From the IMG/VR virus record IMGVR_UViG_3300020187_000002: 55,181 bases of DNA, one strand, 5' to 3'. The stretch is from a virus. The translations under genes were made by a program, and so were the position numbers. The notes under the pieces are model-generated. The model ran no database searches. It saw nothing but the letters and a program-made list of their open reading frames with translations, and had not been told where the DNA came from. Shown here one piece after another: positions 52,339 through 55,181 of the stretch. Numbering within the stretch: the stretch's first letter is position 1; the number at the start of each line of letters is the position of its first letter.

Positions 52339-55181
52339 ATGCCAAGTACCTATACAGTTAACCTCGGTATTGAAAAACCGGCCACTGGTGAGCAGTCGGG
52401 TACATGGGGTGATACTACAAACGTCAATTTCGATATTCTGGATCAAGCAATTAATGGCGCAGAGCGGGTTACGCTTACTAGCGCGGGCTCATCCGGATCA
52501 CCAAACACACTTCAAATCAGCAACGGTGCGACCTCAGACGGGCGCAATAAGTGGATTGAATTTTACAGTTCAGGCGATCTAGGGGGCGATGTTTTTGTTC
52601 AGCTTGACCCAAATGACGCTGAAAAAATAGTTTTTGTAAGAAATAGTCTGGCAAGTAGTCGGTCTATTTTACTTTTCCAAGGCACTTACAACTCTGGCAG
52701 GGACCTTGAAATACCTGCGGGCGTTGACATGGTGGTCAAGTTTGATGGTGGCGGCGCAAGTGCGGCTACTGTCACGGACGTTTACACCAAGTTACGTGCT
52801 ACTGAAATTACCACGCCTACACTTACCGCGGGTACTGCCGATATTAACGGCGGTACTATTGATAACTCTGTTATTGGTGGTTCTACGGCGGCAGCAGTAA
52901 CCGGTACGACGGTTGTTGCTAACACCAGTTTAAATATTGCAGGTGACGGCGCAACTGTTACAGGTATCAAAGACGAAGACAACATGGCGTCTAATAGCGC
53001 CACAAAGCTTGCTACGCAGCAATCTATTAAAGCTTACGTTGATTCACAGGTCGGCACGGTCGATACGTGGGCCGAGGTTCTAGCTAATGGAGCCACGTCT
53101 GGATCAACCAACCCGGAGGTTACTGCGGGTCAGGCGCTAAAAACCAACACGATTAACGAAACCTCTGCGGGCAGCGGTGTCACGATTGACAGTGTTTTGC
53201 TCAAAGATGACGTAGTTAACGCTACTGACGTTGAAACAGGCAGTATTTCTGCAAATGACGGTACGGCTTCTGCAACAATCGCTAACAGCACGGGCGTAAT
53301 GACTATCGCTTCGTCTGTATTAACAACTGCTGATATAAACGCCGGTACTATTGATAACTCTACTATTGGCGGCACAACTCCAGCAGTCGGTACATTTACT
53401 CAAGTAAATGTAGACAACATTACAATAGATGGTAATGAGATTGACGTAAGCTCTGGCAACCTAACACTAGACGTTGCAGGAGACATTATCCTTGATGCTG
53501 ATGGTGGGGATCTAAGCGTTAAGGATGCAGGTACTGAGTTTGGTCGTATTTCTAACTCTGCTTCAAGCCTTCAGATTTATGCACCAGTACAAGATAAAGA
53601 CATAAATTTATTAGGCAACGATGGCGGCACTACAATTACCGCGCTTACACTTGATATGTCAGATGCGGGTGCGGCTTACTTTAATTCAGGTATACATATA
53701 CCTGACTTTATCTATCACGCTGGTGATACTCACACTTACTTTGGCTTCCAAGGTGGGGATCAGTTTGAGCTAGACACTGGCGGGGCAAACAGAATGAGAG
53801 TGGTAGGCTCAGAAGTTGCTTTCAATGACGATGGGGGGGATAAAGACTTCCGCGTTGAGTCTGACGGCAACACTCATGCGCTGTTTGTTAATGGTGGTAC
53901 TAGCAATGTACTTATTGGAACATCGACTGTTGCCTACGCAGGAACGCTGTTAAATATTGGCACTACGTCTGATTCTCAAAACGGAATACAAATCCAAACA
54001 ACAACAGATGGCAACGGATATGTTTTGTTTGGTGACGGTTCGGGTGCAGATGCGTACCAAGGGCAGATTCAATACGAACATTCCGCAGACAGGCTTACCT
54101 TACGTTCTGGTGGCGGAATTCGCGCTCAGTTTAGTCTTGGTGAAACTGTTTTTAACGAGGGCAGTGCAGACACCGACTTCCGCGTTGAGTCTGACAGCAA
54201 CGCCAATATGCTGTTTGTTGATGCTGGTAATGATGCGGTAGGAATAGGTACTTCAACACCAGGTTCATATTACTCAGGAGCAGAGCAATTAGTTGTAGCT
54301 AAAGCAAGTGGTGAAGCTGGTATTACCATTGCTACTGCAAGTGATACAAACGGTGCTTTATATTTTGCAGATGGCACTGCAGGTGCTCAAGCTTATCAAG
54401 GCGGTATAGGTTATCAACACGATACTTCAAAATTATTTCTTGTTGAAAGTGGTGTAGCCACTATGTTTTTCGGACCAACCGAATATGTATTTAATGAAAC
54501 AAGTTTAGACAGAGACTTCCGCGTTGAGTCTGACGGCAACGCCAATATGTTGTGGGTGGACGGTTCCAGAAACGGCATAGGCGTAGGCACCAGTTCTGTT
54601 TTTGAGCATCAGCAAGGCGCTGCGATAGACATGAGCTACGACGGGGCTATTTGGGCGGGTAACACCTACTGGGCGGGCGGTCTTAAAACAGGTGTTACAT
54701 TCTATACAACAACCGCTGGCGACAAATTCAAGCACTCTAGTCGTCAGGCTGCTCAGATTTATCACAACTCACAGGGCGGCTCAATTCACTTTTACAGTGC
54801 GGCTGGCGGCACAGCCGGAGATGTAATCAGTTGGCAAGAACTAGCAGAATTTGATAGAGACGAAGTTATATTTAATAATAATAGTCATAACCAAGATTTC
54901 CGCGTTGAGTCTGATAGCAACACTAATATGCTCCATGTTGATGGTGGTAATAACGGGGTAGGCATTGGAACAACAGGAACCACAACTCCCCTTACAGTAA
55001 ACGGAGGAACCGCTACTGCCGCCACGATCCAACTAGGTAATCATGGCGATAATGCAGCCATACATGCAAAGTACAACCTAGCCTTCAAAGCCGACAGCAC
55101 TGAAGCAATTGCAGACAGAAGCATTGCGTTTAGCATTGGCACACACTCAGCGTTTTACTCAAACGTAGCAGGCACAGTATT
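52339..55181 (+). CDS. Tail fibre protein, N-terminal ~947 codons (open to the window end; continues at nt 128-686; ~1133 aa in total)
   Basis: I translated frame 1 codon by codon from the ATG at 52339 to 55181 and found no stop. N-terminus 'TVNLGIEKPATGEQSGTWGDTTNVNFDILDQAING' is a common fibre N-terminus. Four 'DFRVESD' modules lie in this part. Confidence 0.85.
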   Translation, partial: MPSTYTVNLGIEKPATGEQSGTWGDTTNVNFDILDQAINGAERVTLTSAGSSGSPNTLQISNGATSDGRNKWIEFYSSGDLGGDVFVQLDPNDAEKIVFVRNSLASSRSILLFQGTYNSGRDLEIPAGVDMVVKFDGGGASAATVTDVYTKLRATEITTPTLTAGTADINGGTIDNSVIGGSTAAAVTGTTVVANTSLNIAGDGATVTGIKDEDNMASNSATKLATQQSIKAYVDSQVGTVDTWAEVLANGATSGSTNPEVTAGQALKTNTINETSAGSGVTIDSVLLKDDVVNATDVETGSISANDGTASATIANSTGVMTIASSVLTTADINAGTIDNSTIGGTTPAVGTFTQVNVDNITIDGNEIDVSSGNLTLDVAGDIILDADGGDLSVKDAGTEFGRISNSASSLQIYAPVQDKDINLLGNDGGTTITALTLDMSDAGAAYFNSGIHIPDFIYHAGDTHTYFGFQGGDQFELDTGGANRMRVVGSEVAFNDDGGDKDFRVESDGNTHALFVNGGTSNVLIGTSTVAYAGTLLNIGTTSDSQNGIQIQTTTDGNGYVLFGDGSGADAYQGQIQYEHSADRLTLRSGGGIRAQFSLGETVFNEGSADTDFRVESDSNANMLFVDAGNDAVGIGTSTPGSYYSGAEQLVVAKASGEAGITIATASDTNGALYFADGTAGAQAYQGGIGYQHDTSKLFLVESGVATMFFGPTEYVFNETSLDRDFRVESDGNANMLWVDGSRNGIGVGTSSVFEHQQGAAIDMSYDGAIWAGNTYWAGGLKTGVTFYTTTAGDKFKHSSRQAAQIYHNSQGGSIHFYSAAGGTAGDVISWQELAEFDRDEVIFNNNSHNQDFRVESDSNTNMLHVDGGNNGVGIGTTGTTTPLTVNGGTATAATIQLGNHGDNAAIHAKYNLAFKADSTEAIADRSIAFSIGTHSAFYSNVAGTV
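55055..55181. repeat. Second copy of the 127-bp terminal overlap
   Basis: Identical to nt 1-127. Confidence 0.9.

Noticed and set aside
54954-55060. Apparent stop/frameshift in the fibre gene just before the terminal overlap
   Set aside because: My first pass mis-registered one base at 55021. On recounting, the sequence reads '...gct act gcc gcc acg atc caa cta ggt aat cat ggc...' and frame 1 stays open to the window end and into nt 1-686. There is no frameshift.

Overview
The window is a complete, circularly closed tailed-phage genome. Nt 1-127 are identical to nt 55055-55181, giving a 55,054-bp unit. The junction lies inside a ~1133-aa tail-fibre gene. That gene's 5' 2.8 kb (52339-55181) has no stop in the window, so it is missing from the supplied ORF track. 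I support about 70 genes, all but one on the + strand. I saw no tRNA, rRNA, CRISPR array, integrase or phage RNA polymerase.

Layout:
- Tail and very large internal/ejection-type proteins: 719-16715.
- A lone minus-strand SNF2 helicase: 16712-18160.
- Replication module with AEP prim-pol, SF1 helicase and family-A DNA polymerase: 18267-25277.
- Small early, moron-like genes with their own promoters and terminators: 25280-27067.
- A repeat-rich, AT-rich non-coding hub: 27068-27574.
- terS plus a VRR-NUC nuclease: 27575-28541.
- A ~3.9-kb accessory island of promoter-gene-terminator cassettes ending in a GC-rich repeat block: 28736-32650.
- terL, then portal.
- A Pro-rich 895-aa protein.
- A lysis cassette.
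- A GroES-like protein, scaffold and capsid genes.
- Small basic proteins, then adaptor/tail genes and the fibre.

The architecture looks podovirus-like, because I see no tube, sheath or chaperone-frameshift/tape-measure set. Its size and content recall marine HMO-2011-type phages, but that is unverified.

Best candidates for something new:
- The plasmid/ICE-like island that splits terS from terL.
- The GATC-dense, GC-rich repeat element plus twin CACGTG palindromes upstream of terL.
- The repeat-rich hub next to a membrane-anchored HTH protein.
- A recurrent GG-hydrophobic-(x)-Pro motif shared by many virion proteins, in a genome with no recognisable prohead protease.

Family names are recalled from motif reading only. 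No searches were run.
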